Source: Phallusia mammillata (lineage: Eukaryota). Taken from it: a stretch of DNA of 64,000 nucleotides. Positions 27,301 through 39,166 of the stretch are shown in pieces. The translations under genes were made by a program, and so were the position numbers. Every line of letters starts with the position of its first letter. Within the stretch, counting starts at the first letter, position 1. The stretch is taken from assembly GCA_965637545.1 (NCBI GenBank), contig OZ281495.1, positions 28,396,001-28,460,000 of the forward strand. Reading direction: 5' to 3'. The notes under the pieces are model-generated. The model was given only the letters and a program-made list of their open reading frames with translations, was not told where the DNA came from and did no database searches.

Positions 27301-29052
27301 TAGGACAAGTCGTAAGAATAATTTTCAAAGAAATTATTTGTTTTCATGACAAAATATTTTAAACAACTAGCCAAATTTTAAAACATGTATATAATACCGC
27401 GCCACATAAGTCATGTAAACCGTACGTCATTTATTTCAAGCAAGTTTACGTCATAACGAATGGAGGTTATCTATTTGTATCCTGGATGTTATTCATTTGT
27501 ATCCCGGTGTACAAAACAGTCAAAACAGTCCCGGTGTACAAAACAGTGTTTTTACCATATCCAAAGTATTATCCACGACTCCAGGTACCATACCGCGAAA
27601 AAACGCATCTTCCGTTATTTTTAATGTTGTTACCATAAAGTAATACAATTCTTGAAATACATCTTGTACCTCGTGGGCTCGAGTCCTGCGGAAAGGTTAT
27701 CTTTTTAATCTGTACCTTGCGGTGCTAGAATACATTTGATTCGGTATGGCGATTTCCAGGTCTGGTATACTATATGTTCCTGTTTAAATTTTCTATCCAA
27801 AAATGAATCATTTTGAAAGCAGGAAGCCATATTAATAATTTTTCTTTTTCATATTTAGGTTTGATGCAAAAATGATGATGTGTTCATGGCATGACACCGA
27901 GACGCCAGCTTTTAACGCTTGTATGATGGTTGCTGTGTTTATTCCAGTCATTATTATCATCGTTTGTTACTGGAGACTAGTGCAGTAAGTACACGTGCTA
28001 ATTTTATGACAATAAATTATGTGTACCTTACAATATTTTGCAATGTAATTTTTAATTTTAATTTTACAGTTCCGTACGCAAACGAGGAAAATGGGTTCGA
28101 AGCATCAGTCAAACTTGCAGCGCACAATCTCAAGGAACCAATAAGAAAACGGTTCGAAAAGAAGTCGATTTAATGAAGACTCTTGGCGTGACTGTTGCCG
28201 TTTTTCTTCTTTTCTGGCTTCCCTATGGTCTTATGCTAAGCATTAATCCTGAGCAAATCCCAGCTATCGGAGAGAAGGTAAAAGGTTGAGACGTTTAGTG
28301 AAAAGTCTACGTATTATTCTTTAGTTTATTTTGTCAAAAAAGCTTTACCTTTTCAAACTAATATAACGATATTATGCAGTAAAAAAATCTTAGAATACAC
28401 ATTTATCTGTCGCTATTGGAAACACGCTAATTTGCGGCCATCAAGTTTACGTGTAACCAGTGTAAAATACTATGTACAACTTTGTAGTTTGACTGTTATG
28501 TAAATCATTTGATGAATTGTCGACGGTTTTTTTATACCTTGTTTTTATCTTGACACTTTATTTCTTACAAAAAGTTAACAAATCGTTTTAGATAATCGCT
28601 TGGTTGGCATTGAGCAGTTCTTCAGTCAACTTTATCATTTACGGTGTTATGAACCCAGTGTATCGACGAGGTTATGTGAAACTTTGGAATAGAGTGCGCC
28701 ACTGCACCTGCAAACGGTTCAAGTATGTACTTTTTGTGAAAGCTGTAACTAAACAAATGAAACTGTTACAAAAATTGTACAAAATTTTGGTCCCACTTAC
28801 ATGCATCAAACTAATTTGGGTGTTTTTTTTAATTTGAGTGTATTTTGCCACTTTGAAAAGAAAACACTTTTTCTCCTATTTTTGGAAAAGAAGAGATAAC
28901 CCACAATAAATTAAATTGGAAGCTCCGTTCAGTTTTGTTTATATTACAACTTGCAACTCTGTTACAGGGCCGACAACGACAGCAGCTCTACTTTCTCAGT
29001 AAAACAGACCAAACGCATGTCTACGGCATCCCAGGTTTGTGAGTCTGAATAA
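24352..29052 (+). CDS. Class A GPCR paralog 3, NRY-type (melatonin-receptor-like), His-rich N-terminus, 7 coding exons, about 370 aa
   Basis: Exons 24352-24630, 24989-25137, 27095-27229, 27859-27984, 28070-28277, 28592-28722 and 28968-29052, all GT-AG and in frame (1113 nt). Motifs: GTFGN, NLAAAD, ANRY, FWLPY, SSVNFIIYGVMNP. The N-terminus contains DEHHDELETHGHHDHSHDHHWED. Confidence 0.92.
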
Positions 29053-29256
29053 ATATAAACGTCGATTTTCACTTACAATATGTAAATTGTGCATAAACTT
29101 TTAATCATCCCTCTGAAATCTCAAAATATAATTTACCTTTGTTACGCTTTTATGAAAATCGCACTTGCTGATGCCAACAATGCTTATCTTCACTGATTAA
29201 TGATGATGCCAACCTGGACATTTCCAACTATAAAGTTGTCATTTGCAGCACGAAAG

Positions 29257-29430
29257 GCAGACAAAGTGCCTGTGCTTCGAGTTTAGGCGGCCCTACCACT
29301 GAGCCTGTGTAGCTCAATTGATAGAGCGCAAATCATAGAAAGGCTCCTGTCATGGGTACGGTTTCCATCTTAGACTATTTTTTTAGCCTGTACCTTGTAA
29401 CATTTGACAAAGGTTTGGTATCGTAGATTT
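29257..29430 (+). mobile_element. Diverged copy of the same tRNA-derived SINE family as the 16.1-16.4 kb element
   Basis: gtttaggcggccctaccactgagcctgtgtagctcaattgatagag..ctcctgtcatggg..ttttagcct aligns by eye to ctttcggcggattctccactggccctgtgtagctcagttggtagag..ctcctgtcgtggg..ttctagcct. Boundaries are approximate. Confidence 0.7.
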
Positions 29431-30071
29431 GCCAATGCTATAACATTTCGTTTATTTTTTAAATTTCTGTTTTTTTACCAGATGTTTTTTATCATTTTAG
29501 GCACATAGAAAAGTCAGTCGATTATCCACCCCACAACTGAACTTCGGATTTAACAGTGGGGTCTCCAGCAAGGATTTTTCCGACGACAGACAGTGCAAAA
29601 GCGTTGCATAAAAATACTGGTGACCTGTTTTGAGAGATAAATACGTGATTTGATTTTACATCGAAGGACAAAGGTAGTAGGCAAAACCACAAAGAAACCA
29701 CCCCGAGAACATCTTTCAGTCGCACAGTTTATAAACGAAAACCAAACAGCATAAGTTTTATTTTTAGTCGACCGTCTAAAGTTTTGAAGGTATTAGCTTC
29801 ACTTGCACTTGTTGATGGAATGTGTTGTCTATATGTCTGTGTTGTAGGCACAAATAAAACACACACATGCAGCAATTAGGAAATGGGCATTCTTACATGT
29901 TTGCATTAATGACTGACTCAAAGATACCTCACAACAAGCCACCGGTTTGAATTTTGTTTCTGTGGTGCCACAGATGTCATATGAACACCAAACCTTAAAA
30001 TTTAAAGTTGGATGATCTGTAGCATGATTAGTAGAAGCGATTGCCATTCTTATTCAGTCAAAAGTCTAAAT

Positions 30072-30215
30072 CAGGGTTTCTTAACCAGGGCTGCGGGGAC
30101 GTGTATAAAAAATAAATTGCAATGGTTTAGTTACTTAAGCAATTACAGAAGGGGGTGGGAAAATTGGTTGGTGATTTGAAAGGGGTGCAGCAAGGTAAAA
30201 GGTTAAGAACCACTG
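30072..30215. mobile_element. Non-autonomous hAT-type MITE (144 bp)
   Basis: Imperfect TIRs cagggtttcttaacc / ggttaagaaccactg; 8-bp TSD gtctaaat / gtctaaac. Confidence 0.75.
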
Positions 30216-30510
30216 GTCTAAACGAAAAGCACTCTGTCGATTTTTTTGGTGTTCGCGCAATTTTTTTCTGCGAAGTTTCTGGTTATTTTTTTAGTTCAAA
30301 TGTTATTTTTTACTTTTGTAAATGTTGCCATTGTTGTGCAATACCACGTGTTCACAATGTTTATTACGAAATAAAAGTTTCACCTCTGAACTTCGGGTGT
30401 TGGTGCACTGTAACCGGACAAAAGTGCAGCGATTGCAATTTTTCTATCAAAACTTTGCGAAGTATATTAAGTCGATTATTGTTTGTACCCCAGGGAGGTA
30501 TCACGTAACG

Positions 30511-30720
30511 CAGTGGTTCTCAAGCTTTTTTTGTGGCGACGCCTCTTCAAAACTGGACTTGCGACGCACCAGCAAATACAAGTTTTTGAGGAAACTTATT
30601 GTTAAAGTTGTGTTTATTGACACAACAACAAAAAACCACGAAACGTAACTATTCTGCGACGCCCTTGGAAAATTGAAACGACGCACCAGGGTGTCGCGAC
30701 CCACAGTTTGAGAACTACTG
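30511..30720. mobile_element. Non-autonomous hAT-type MITE (210 bp)
   Basis: TIRs cagtggttctcaa / ttgagaactactg; perfect 8-bp TSD acgtaacg on both sides. Confidence 0.85.
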
Positions 30721-31226
30721 ACGTAACGAGTGGCCGCAAACACAGTTGCGCCCTCCATTGGGTAAAACACGACACGTGTAGATGCTGTTAAGTTAAGTTA
30801 CGTACTTTGACCAAACCAACTGATAGCACATGGTTTTACGTTTATCGTGGGGTACATTCTTACTGTGGGTACATTCTCACTTATAGTACAATAGAGAAAT
30901 ACTTGGTAAAATAGGGCATGCGAAACAAATTGTGTACATGTTACAAACACTTGCTGATACTTGGTGTACGTAAAACATTAATGTATGAAAAGTTTCGGCT
31001 TGCGCCCCAACAAGTGTTGTGTATCCCTGACCGCTATGCCTGGCGTGTTTAATGTTTCTATTAATTAACAATACGCAAAATATGTCAAACTGAAAAGCAG
31101 GTATATGCAGGCTATTCGCAAAGCTTTTGCACAAAAACTGCCATTTTGCTACAATAACGTTACGTAACAAAATCACAACTTTACTCGATTTTACCCTGCA
31201 ACAATCTTTTGACACAGCATCCATTT

Positions 31227-31491
31227 TTAGGAGATGATGCACCTTTTTTTTCTTTTGTTGTTCCGGTTCTTGTTGCTTAATTTCCAATTCTTGTTGTCTT
31301 CACCGCTCAGTTTCCATGTTGGTCTCGGTGTTCTTCCAGAAGCAGATAGAACCACACACGACACAAACAACCAGGAAGATCACAACCACGATCATGCCCA
31401 TATATTCACTCGCCAGTTTTTCACTTAACTGAAGACTAAACGATGCACTAAGAACGGTAACAGCGATTGCCAATCCAGTTACTTCAGGCAT
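31227..31491 (-). pseudogene. TM + charged helix + CaaX microprotein, copy A (in-frame TGA plus 1-nt homopolymer shift)
   Basis: MPEVTG..YMGMIVVVIFLVVCVVCGSICFWKNTETNMETER*RQQELEIKQQEPEQQ. Removing one A from the A8 run gives KKKRCIIS* (stop at 31227-31229). Confidence 0.55.
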
Positions 31492-34400
31492 ACTGTTGTT
31501 TGTTCAGGTATGGCAACAAGTTTTAAGCAAGCTTTTGTTTTTGCCACTATTTCTACAAAACGATGTTCATCAAATTATCAGTTCCATAGAATTGCTCTGA
31601 AAAAGAACGTTGTGGGTAACATTAATGTAAGATTTTGGCATAACAAATACTGTAAACATTAAGCTTCACTTGTTTACACAACCAATCTCGCAGACTAAAT
31701 ATATCCTCAAAAAGCGTCCACTGTAACCAGCAAGCTTTTATCGAAAATGGAATGTTAATTTCATGCACATTGCTAGTTCAACGCTAAAGCACCTTTTTCT
31801 ATTTCAACTTGATGATTTTAATTAAGGGTAACAAGTTCGTTCAGCAAACATTTTCACTTCTGCATATTTGATTTATTTCGTCAAACAGAGGTATGTTTGC
31901 AAACGAAGAAACCATTGCCATAAAACCAAGTTCCAATCTGAAAAGATCGCTCCACTTTAAGGACTTTGAATCGTTCTTCACTTAAAAGTATGCTATTGGG
32001 ATTTTGGTTGGAAGCTATAACCCGGCAAATGTTTTTTTTTAATTTTTAGTAACATAGCTTATTTAAACCGCAGGAATTAATGTCCACCTATGATCTATTT
32101 CTCACAACAAAAAACTATCGTATTGAAAAACTGTCCTTATAGTGCATAAAAAATTAAAAATCTGACCAAAATCCTTTCTCATACATTGATAAGCAAATGA
32201 CCTTGATAAGTATAAGTACCTTATTATAGACTATCACGTCCTCTTGGTCTGTGATAAATCCGCAACAAACACCTAAAGTTTAAGGTAAAAGCTTAGGAAC
32301 AATTTGCAGACGTTGCAGTTCGCAGCTTTGTACACGAAGCAAAGTTATCCCGCCTGGGGATTCCCCGGCCGATAAATAACCTACGAGGTGTTTTTTGACC
32401 ATTTGCTGATCACAAAAGTCTGCTTTTAGCGCACGTACACATGTTTGCCGAACCTATTGACGCTATAAACCATTTTCGAACTTGCTGCTGTCAACTGTTG
32501 TGTATTTTGTGAGGAAAGCAGATTTTCAAATTACATCACCAAGTTGTGTAAAGTATATTGCAGTACGATTCGCAATGTTCTTGATGACAATGTTTAAGGT
32601 CTGTTTTTTATCGTCAAACCAAGCAGAACTGTATGAAAATGGACAAGTTTACCTTTTCGGTCGTGATTGTTTACTTACCTTTGTATATCAACCTACTGTT
32701 ATTTGCCTATGTGGCCCAAAAAATAACCATTCCAAACTTCAGGATCTTTTATTATTATCAGATCAAGTTCCTGTGTTTTACTTCTTCCGTTGTTGTTGTA
32801 TTAGCATAATTTCGACCGCTATTATTTCGCATGTGGACAACAATACAGTATGTATCTTTTTGGGCCACATTCAAGCGTTCAAAATAAGCCTGAACTTGTA
32901 GAAATGTAGAAAACGGCTTGTTAAACTTAACTAACCCCAAACGTCACCGCAATCCATCGTTCAAAACCAATTTGTTACTATTACTGCATTCCAGTCCATT
33001 TAAAGAATGTTAAACAAAAGACAGTGAATAGAAGTAAAACAAATGCAATGAATAAATGTAAGGTTTTAAAATATATTTTCCTTTAATTTAGTTGTGCACA
33101 TACACCCCTGTACAATTGAAATTTATGCATGTTTTATGTGTTTTTTTTTAAAACTGATTACGATTTCTATGAATGGTTGCAATTTCAGTTTTAAAACTAG
33201 CAGTCTCAAGGCCTTGAAGTTTTTGAAAAAAAATTGGATGAAATTTATCGAAATACTATGGGACCGTTAAAAGGAAATGTCTGTGAAAGTTCATATTAAT
33301 GTACAATAGCTGTATGTTCAGTAATCGTTGCAATTGAGCTGGTGGTCTTTGTTTTTCCAACTGCATGCTGGACGCCATTAAACTTCACGCATTAAAGCGG
33401 AAACAGTTTGTTACGTAACAAACACCATCTATTGTGGCGGATGAATATGTGCACTTTACATGTAAGTACAGTATTCAGTTAAACCAGATGTTGGTTGAGA
33501 TTGTTGTTGGTTGAAGTATTATTGCAGCAAAAGTTTGTTAAAAAGTATGATTAAATGAACCAGGCAGTTACATGTTTGAGCACCTGACCAATGTAAGTAA
33601 GTTTGCTGCATTGTTTGTTGTAATATTACAGCTTTTGAAACAGTCTGCGTTTGTGTATGAAACTGTGGAGTCAGTACATACAATCCTGTTTACAAAAGTT
33701 GTAAAAAAGTGACAAAATCATGGTTACAACGTATTATGTATTTCCCAGCTGCAACTATACTGTAGCATAAATGATGTAATATATTAGCCAGCACTTGCAC
33801 CCACATTTTATTACATTGCTGTACTGTTGCTACAGTACCTCAAATTCAGAAAATTGACATTGATTGGGCAGGCGCTTTTTCGGTTGGCATTTTGTCAATT
33901 TGCCCGCAGGATTTCAAATACCTTTTTCTTGTATAACTAGGTCACATTGGAGCGGTCGAGGCTTTATTAGGCAGCGGCATCGTGTTAGAAACGTGTAAAA
34001 AGTAGAGCAGGGGTGGCCAACCTGCGGCTCTTTGCCTGGTTTTATTCGGCTCTTACGTTGTTTTTGAAGTTTGGGGCCTCTGTGGATATTTTGATTGGTT
34101 TGTGGTCTCTGTGGATATTTTGATTAGTTTGTGGCGATCTGGTACAAAAATTGTTAAATTTGAAATAAAGCTATAACAATTTTGCTTTTGAACAAACTTA
34201 CTATGAACTGCAACAGTATTTGGCAAATAACTTGATTATGACGACAAATATTCAATTTTTGAACAATGAATGATTGCTCATTTTTGCGTACAATGCGAAT
34301 CAGAGAAAAAGCAACAGCAATGTTTACAACAAGCTATATTGTTCCAAAATTAATTATGTTTCAATCCGTTTTTCGGGTTATGAAGAACGATATGTTTTAT

Positions 34401-37400
34401 GGGCAGTTTGTCTCTTGGTTTTGTTGTGGTGCGACGTTTAGAATTAATATCTGGCGCAGGTATCTGTGTGTGAGGAACACCCCTGAAGTAGAGCAACATA
34501 AAACAGGTGTTTACTTTAAGGAAATGACGATAAAAGGATAAGGCAAATGACACGCTTCGATGCGTATTAGTAAACACGGTAGCCTGGTCGACACAACATC
34601 CTGTTATTCTACGTTTGTGTGGGAACTTGCTTGGTATACCATTTATTATCATTTTAATCTCAACAATATAAAGTCCAAAAGCAGTAATGATTGTTTGTTT
34701 TGGGGCAACCATATTTAGTTTTGCACCCTGTTGTTTAGGCACTCACTTCCTCGAATTGTTTGTGCAATACTTTAAAGCGAACGTTTTTTAATCAGATTGG
34801 CCGCCACCTGATGGCGCCATTAATGCATTGAAGAAACGCGATTACCATATATTGAGACAAATTCCGCGACAACTATTTTCAATTGAATATTGCATATCTC
34901 GGCACTGACTCTAAAAATTTTAAGGTCAGTGTTACCAATGTCACACTACTTTCTTGCCAATGTCACCCTACATATTAACATTGATAAAAGATCTTAACGA
35001 ACAACTAATACAAAATATCAATGCCAAACATTGTTTATGTTTTACATCAATCAACGATAACAATTTGGTTACAGTTAATAAATCGAAAAACGTTTAACAT
35101 AAATAATTTAAGGTTTATTTTTCTATTTTTTACTTCCACAGAAAAAAATGTACTGCGCTAAAGTGTAATGTATCATACTGTTATTGGCAGTGTCTAACGT
35201 TTTCGTAACAGATTAAAATTTGAACAACATTCATAAGCAATCAGTCCATTTCAGGTCCTTGACCTTTCTGTTGTTTAAGGTTGTGCACTATTAATTCTGC
35301 TGCAATCAGGCAACATGAAACTGTAAGGTAAAACTTTTTTACTGCTTTAGAAATACACAAAATGTTTTAGTGGGCTTGTTTTGTTACTCCTGTAATACCC
35401 ATATAACACAATTGTGGTCGTTATATAATGCTAATTTCCCACGTTTGTAAATTCTAGATGTTTTGGTCATTCTACAAAACGTTTACTTACCATCTACAAC
35501 AAGTGATTATCAACGACAAGTGATCATCTATCTTCTTTTCAGCAAAAGGTCAGTGATATATACTAGGCACCCACAACAATTGGTTGGCATTACGGCCTCA
35601 GTTTTTCCTTTTGGAGGTTTGAGATGTGGCAGGTCAGTTTTCAAGATTGACCTTTCTAGAAATTGTTTAGCTGCAGCAATAATCGCTGATTTTTTATAGG
35701 TCATATGCAAGATGAAAGCGGCGCCACACGTACTGTTTGATGTTTTTTTGTTTTTTACTGCCTGACGCAATAGGAAGATAATAACAATTTAAACAGTTTT
35801 TGCTGCTTGAAACTTATCGCAGTTTTAGTAATCGGGTACAACCATCTTTCGAATGCAAGGTGCAATCAGTAAAGCTCGTGTTGACCAGTAAATATCCTAG
35901 CTGTGGTTTCCGACTACAGGTCGTGCTTAAGTTGCAATAATTTTTTTTTGATTTTTGGTGGTATTGTTGTAAGGTGGTCTGGTTCCATCTTCATTCGTTG
36001 CTTTATACACTACTAAAAGATTGTTTAACCTAGAAATTGACCAAGCAAATGTTTATGTCGGGTGTTACCAAGAAATGTGCTCGTATATTTATCCAGAGTT
36101 TGTTTTTTATTATTTATGAACTTTAGTTAAAAAAAACTGGGACTTAAACAGTAGCAACGTATATTCACCCAACATGACATTGGTTGTGTCCAGATTGCGA
36201 ACCAGCGCGCATTATCGCGCACCGTAAGGGTTCGGGCACTTTTTTTGTCTTCCTTCTCAGTACATCTTGTTGTCAAAGTCGGAAAACAATTCAACGCTGG
36301 CGAGGCGTTGTGAACTGCATTACATAAACGAAATCACTAATGCGTAACAAACAAGCGTCACGTGCTAATCACTAATTATGCCTCCAATAAACCTTCGTCG
36401 TTAAGGCGCTGTTAACGCGCCTACCCTCCGCCGTCTTTTGCGACGGTTACAATTACAATGACCTGGCGTCGACGTAGAAACGTAATGGATGTGTTTGCAT
36501 TTTTGCAAACGGTTGCAGCACACAATTACATTGGTTCTAATGGCCCGATATAAATGACAAAATTGGATTTGAATCTGACTGAATTCGAATCCAAAGGATT
36601 TAACATTTTTAAACAACCCTCTCTGGGCACAATATTTTTCCTCTTTATATAGAGATCATCGAACCGAGAATATTACAGATTACAACATTTAAATACAAAT
36701 TATGTTTCGCTGTTAAAAAAAAAAACAATTCAACACTGTATCACACTAAACAAACTGCACGTGCATTTTACACACGAAACAGTTTTTTTTGAAAAGGCAA
36801 AGGCAAAGAAGCATGCGACAAAATTTGCGTTCTGATTGCCTGTAAGATTTTTTGTAGAAGTATTGCATGTTGCAAGAGAATGCACAACCTGGTTATTTTC
36901 TAAGGGACACTTTAAAGAATTCACGTGACAATTTGTTAGATTCGGTGATTTAAAACTTGAACATATTTTTAAAAGTCATCCGCAGGTGGTGGTTGGGTTA
37001 TATTGTTAATTCTGTACAAATTGAAACTAAAGTCTTGATCGTTTAGTGTATTTAACTCGCCGATGGTAAACAACAGCTGATAAGGTTATTGTTTGCTCGG
37101 AACGTCTTTTGTGTGGTGATTTGATTATGAAGAGATCAGTCTTGCCAATGTTGCGCCTATCTCAAAGCTGACTGCCTAGGTCAATAGTCAAACGAAAAGC
37201 GAAAACAACCGACATGCAAAACCTTTAGGATATTGCCACGTGCTTTCTCTGTTTGCGATCAACAGACCTTGTTCATATAAAGCCGCGATAAAGACCATAA
37301 TCGTGGAACTAAGTTACATGGAGTGCTGATTTTTTGTAAGAACCTTGTGCAATTCTCATTGACCTTATTAATGTTTGATTACTTGTTGATAAATTTATGA

Positions 37401-37465
37401 ATTACGAAAAAGGAATGGAACGATATTTGTTTATTAACTGAGTAGTGGTGTAGTTTAACTTTTTT

Positions 37466-37909
37466 CAACATTTGCTTGTTTGCGACGTGATTTAAAAAAT
37501 GAATGCCAGTGAAACCTCTTTATTAACTACACGAGCTGTGATAACGGAGCTGTAAATTGGACACTTTAGAGTTTTACAACATTTGCTTGTTTGCGACGTG
37601 ATTTAAAAAATGAATGCCAGTGAAACCTCTTTATTAACTACACGAGCTGTGATAACGGAGCTGTAAATTGGACACTTTAGAGTTTTACAACATTTGCTTG
37701 TTTGCGACGTGATTTAAAAAATGAATGCCAGTGAAGCCTCTTTATTAACTACACGAGCTGTGATAACGGAGCTGTAAATTGGACACTTTAGAGTTTTACA
37801 ACATTTGCTTGTTTGCGACGTGATTTAAAAAATGAATGCCAGTGAAACCTCTTTATTAACTACACGAGCTGTGATAACGGAGCTGTAAATTGGACACTTT
37901 AGAGTTTTA
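37466..37909. repeat. Tandem repeat, 4 x 111 bp, near-identical
   Basis: Units start at 37466, 37577, 37688 and 37799, with one substitution in unit 3. A single diverged unit occurs in the paralogous block at about 50470-50560. Confidence 0.95.
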
Positions 37910-38848
37910 GACCATGATATTGTTACGGAGTTATTTTGGACCCGAACTGCCATGGGCAATGTCAATAACGGCTCTCAACTTAAAGCCAAAGATACCAAGC
38001 ACTGGTTTAATTAAATTTAATTGGCGGCGCAACTTTATTAAAACTACAAAAGCAACAGCTATGAAAGTACGTTACAATTAAAACAATTAAAAAACGATTA
38101 ACACTTGGTGACCCAAAAACACCTCGCGTTACTTGCGCCACCCACAGAAAAAATGTATTTTACAAAACCAAAAAGCAGCGCATTGCCGGCCAATCAGTGC
38201 AAGTCTTGCAGCCCTTAGGGCGGTGGTTCTCAACTCAATTCAGGTCATGGACCACTAGTCCGATTAAATAAATATTTTGGACCAGTCCACTTTTAAGCAA
38301 AGATAGAAAAGCATCCACCACAAGCGTGTTGTCTTGAAATATTTTTTTTTCAACACATAATTTTGTTTTAAGGAGAGATAACAGATAACAACAAATTGCC
38401 AATAACTTGGATAAACTTTTTTTTCTTCTGAATATTCAACGAATTATTTGCAACTAACTTATTTCCAAACTAGTCCTGTGGACCACCCAAAAAGTTACCA
38501 CTAGTGCACCAAATCAAACAAAAGAGAAGAAAAGAAATGCGCATGACAGTGCCAAATAAGGAAAACAAGTATCCAAAAAAAATTGCGCATGACCAAAATA
38601 TATGGTCACAGTATAAATGAATTTTCAAGTGGAATAAATCGACCTTTTTTTATTTATGTATATATATATATATATATATAAATGTACATATTGTATGAGC
38701 CAAAGCTAAGCGTAGCCAAAACCAATTTGGGCAAACTTGCTGCGGTTACTATTAGTATGCTACGAAATGACACAGCATATTATGTGCGTATATAAAGCGA
38801 CTGCACATCAAATCAAACGTATTTAACACGACCTAAAAATTTCTATAC

Positions 38849-39166
38849 TTACACAATATTGCACTCAGCATCACGTCTCCTGGGATACTCGATTTGAAGT
38901 TGCCTGTCCTGTCTCTTTCGTTCTTCGAGGACTAACTCAGCTTGTCTGATGGTGTGTTGTCGTACTTGCTCCCGTTCGTTGGTTTCTACGAGCATGCAAA
39001 ACCGGATAATCCATGCGATTGAAAAACAAACCACAGCCGCAAAACACACGGACAAAGCAAAGTCACTAATACAAACAACCACAGCCGCGAGACACACGGC
39101 CAAAGCAAAGTTACTAATTCCGATGTGTATCTGTCCAAATCTAGCAAAAATAGCATTTTCGTCCAT
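38849..39166 (-). CDS. TM + charged helix + CaaX-like microprotein, copy B (105 aa, intact, duplicated hydrophobic segment)
   Basis: MDENAIFARFGQIHIGISNFALAVCLAAVVVCISDFALSVCFAAVVCFSIAWIIRFCMLVETNEREQVRQHTIRQAELVLEERKRQDRQLQIEYPRRRDAECNIV*. Clear paralogs at 47.0-47.3 kb and 61.2-61.7 kb. Confidence 0.65.
   Translation of the reverse strand: MDENAIFARFGQIHIGISNFALAVCLAAVVVCISDFALSVCFAAVVCFSIAWIIRFCMLVETNEREQVRQHTIRQAELVLEERKRQDRQLQIEYPRRRDAECNIV

Noticed and set aside
2477-28722. GPCRs as opsins
   Set aside because: Position 7.43 (retinal-binding Lys in opsins) is Leu in all three.
35490-36030. Possible decayed minus-strand exon (acceptor near 36030, gtaagt donor near 35490; ORF 35528-35770)
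   Set aside because: Stops occur in all frames and I recognise no domain. It cannot be supported without a homology search.
37466-37909. CRISPR-like array
   Set aside because: Units are contiguous with no unique spacers, the context is eukaryotic, and there are no cas genes.
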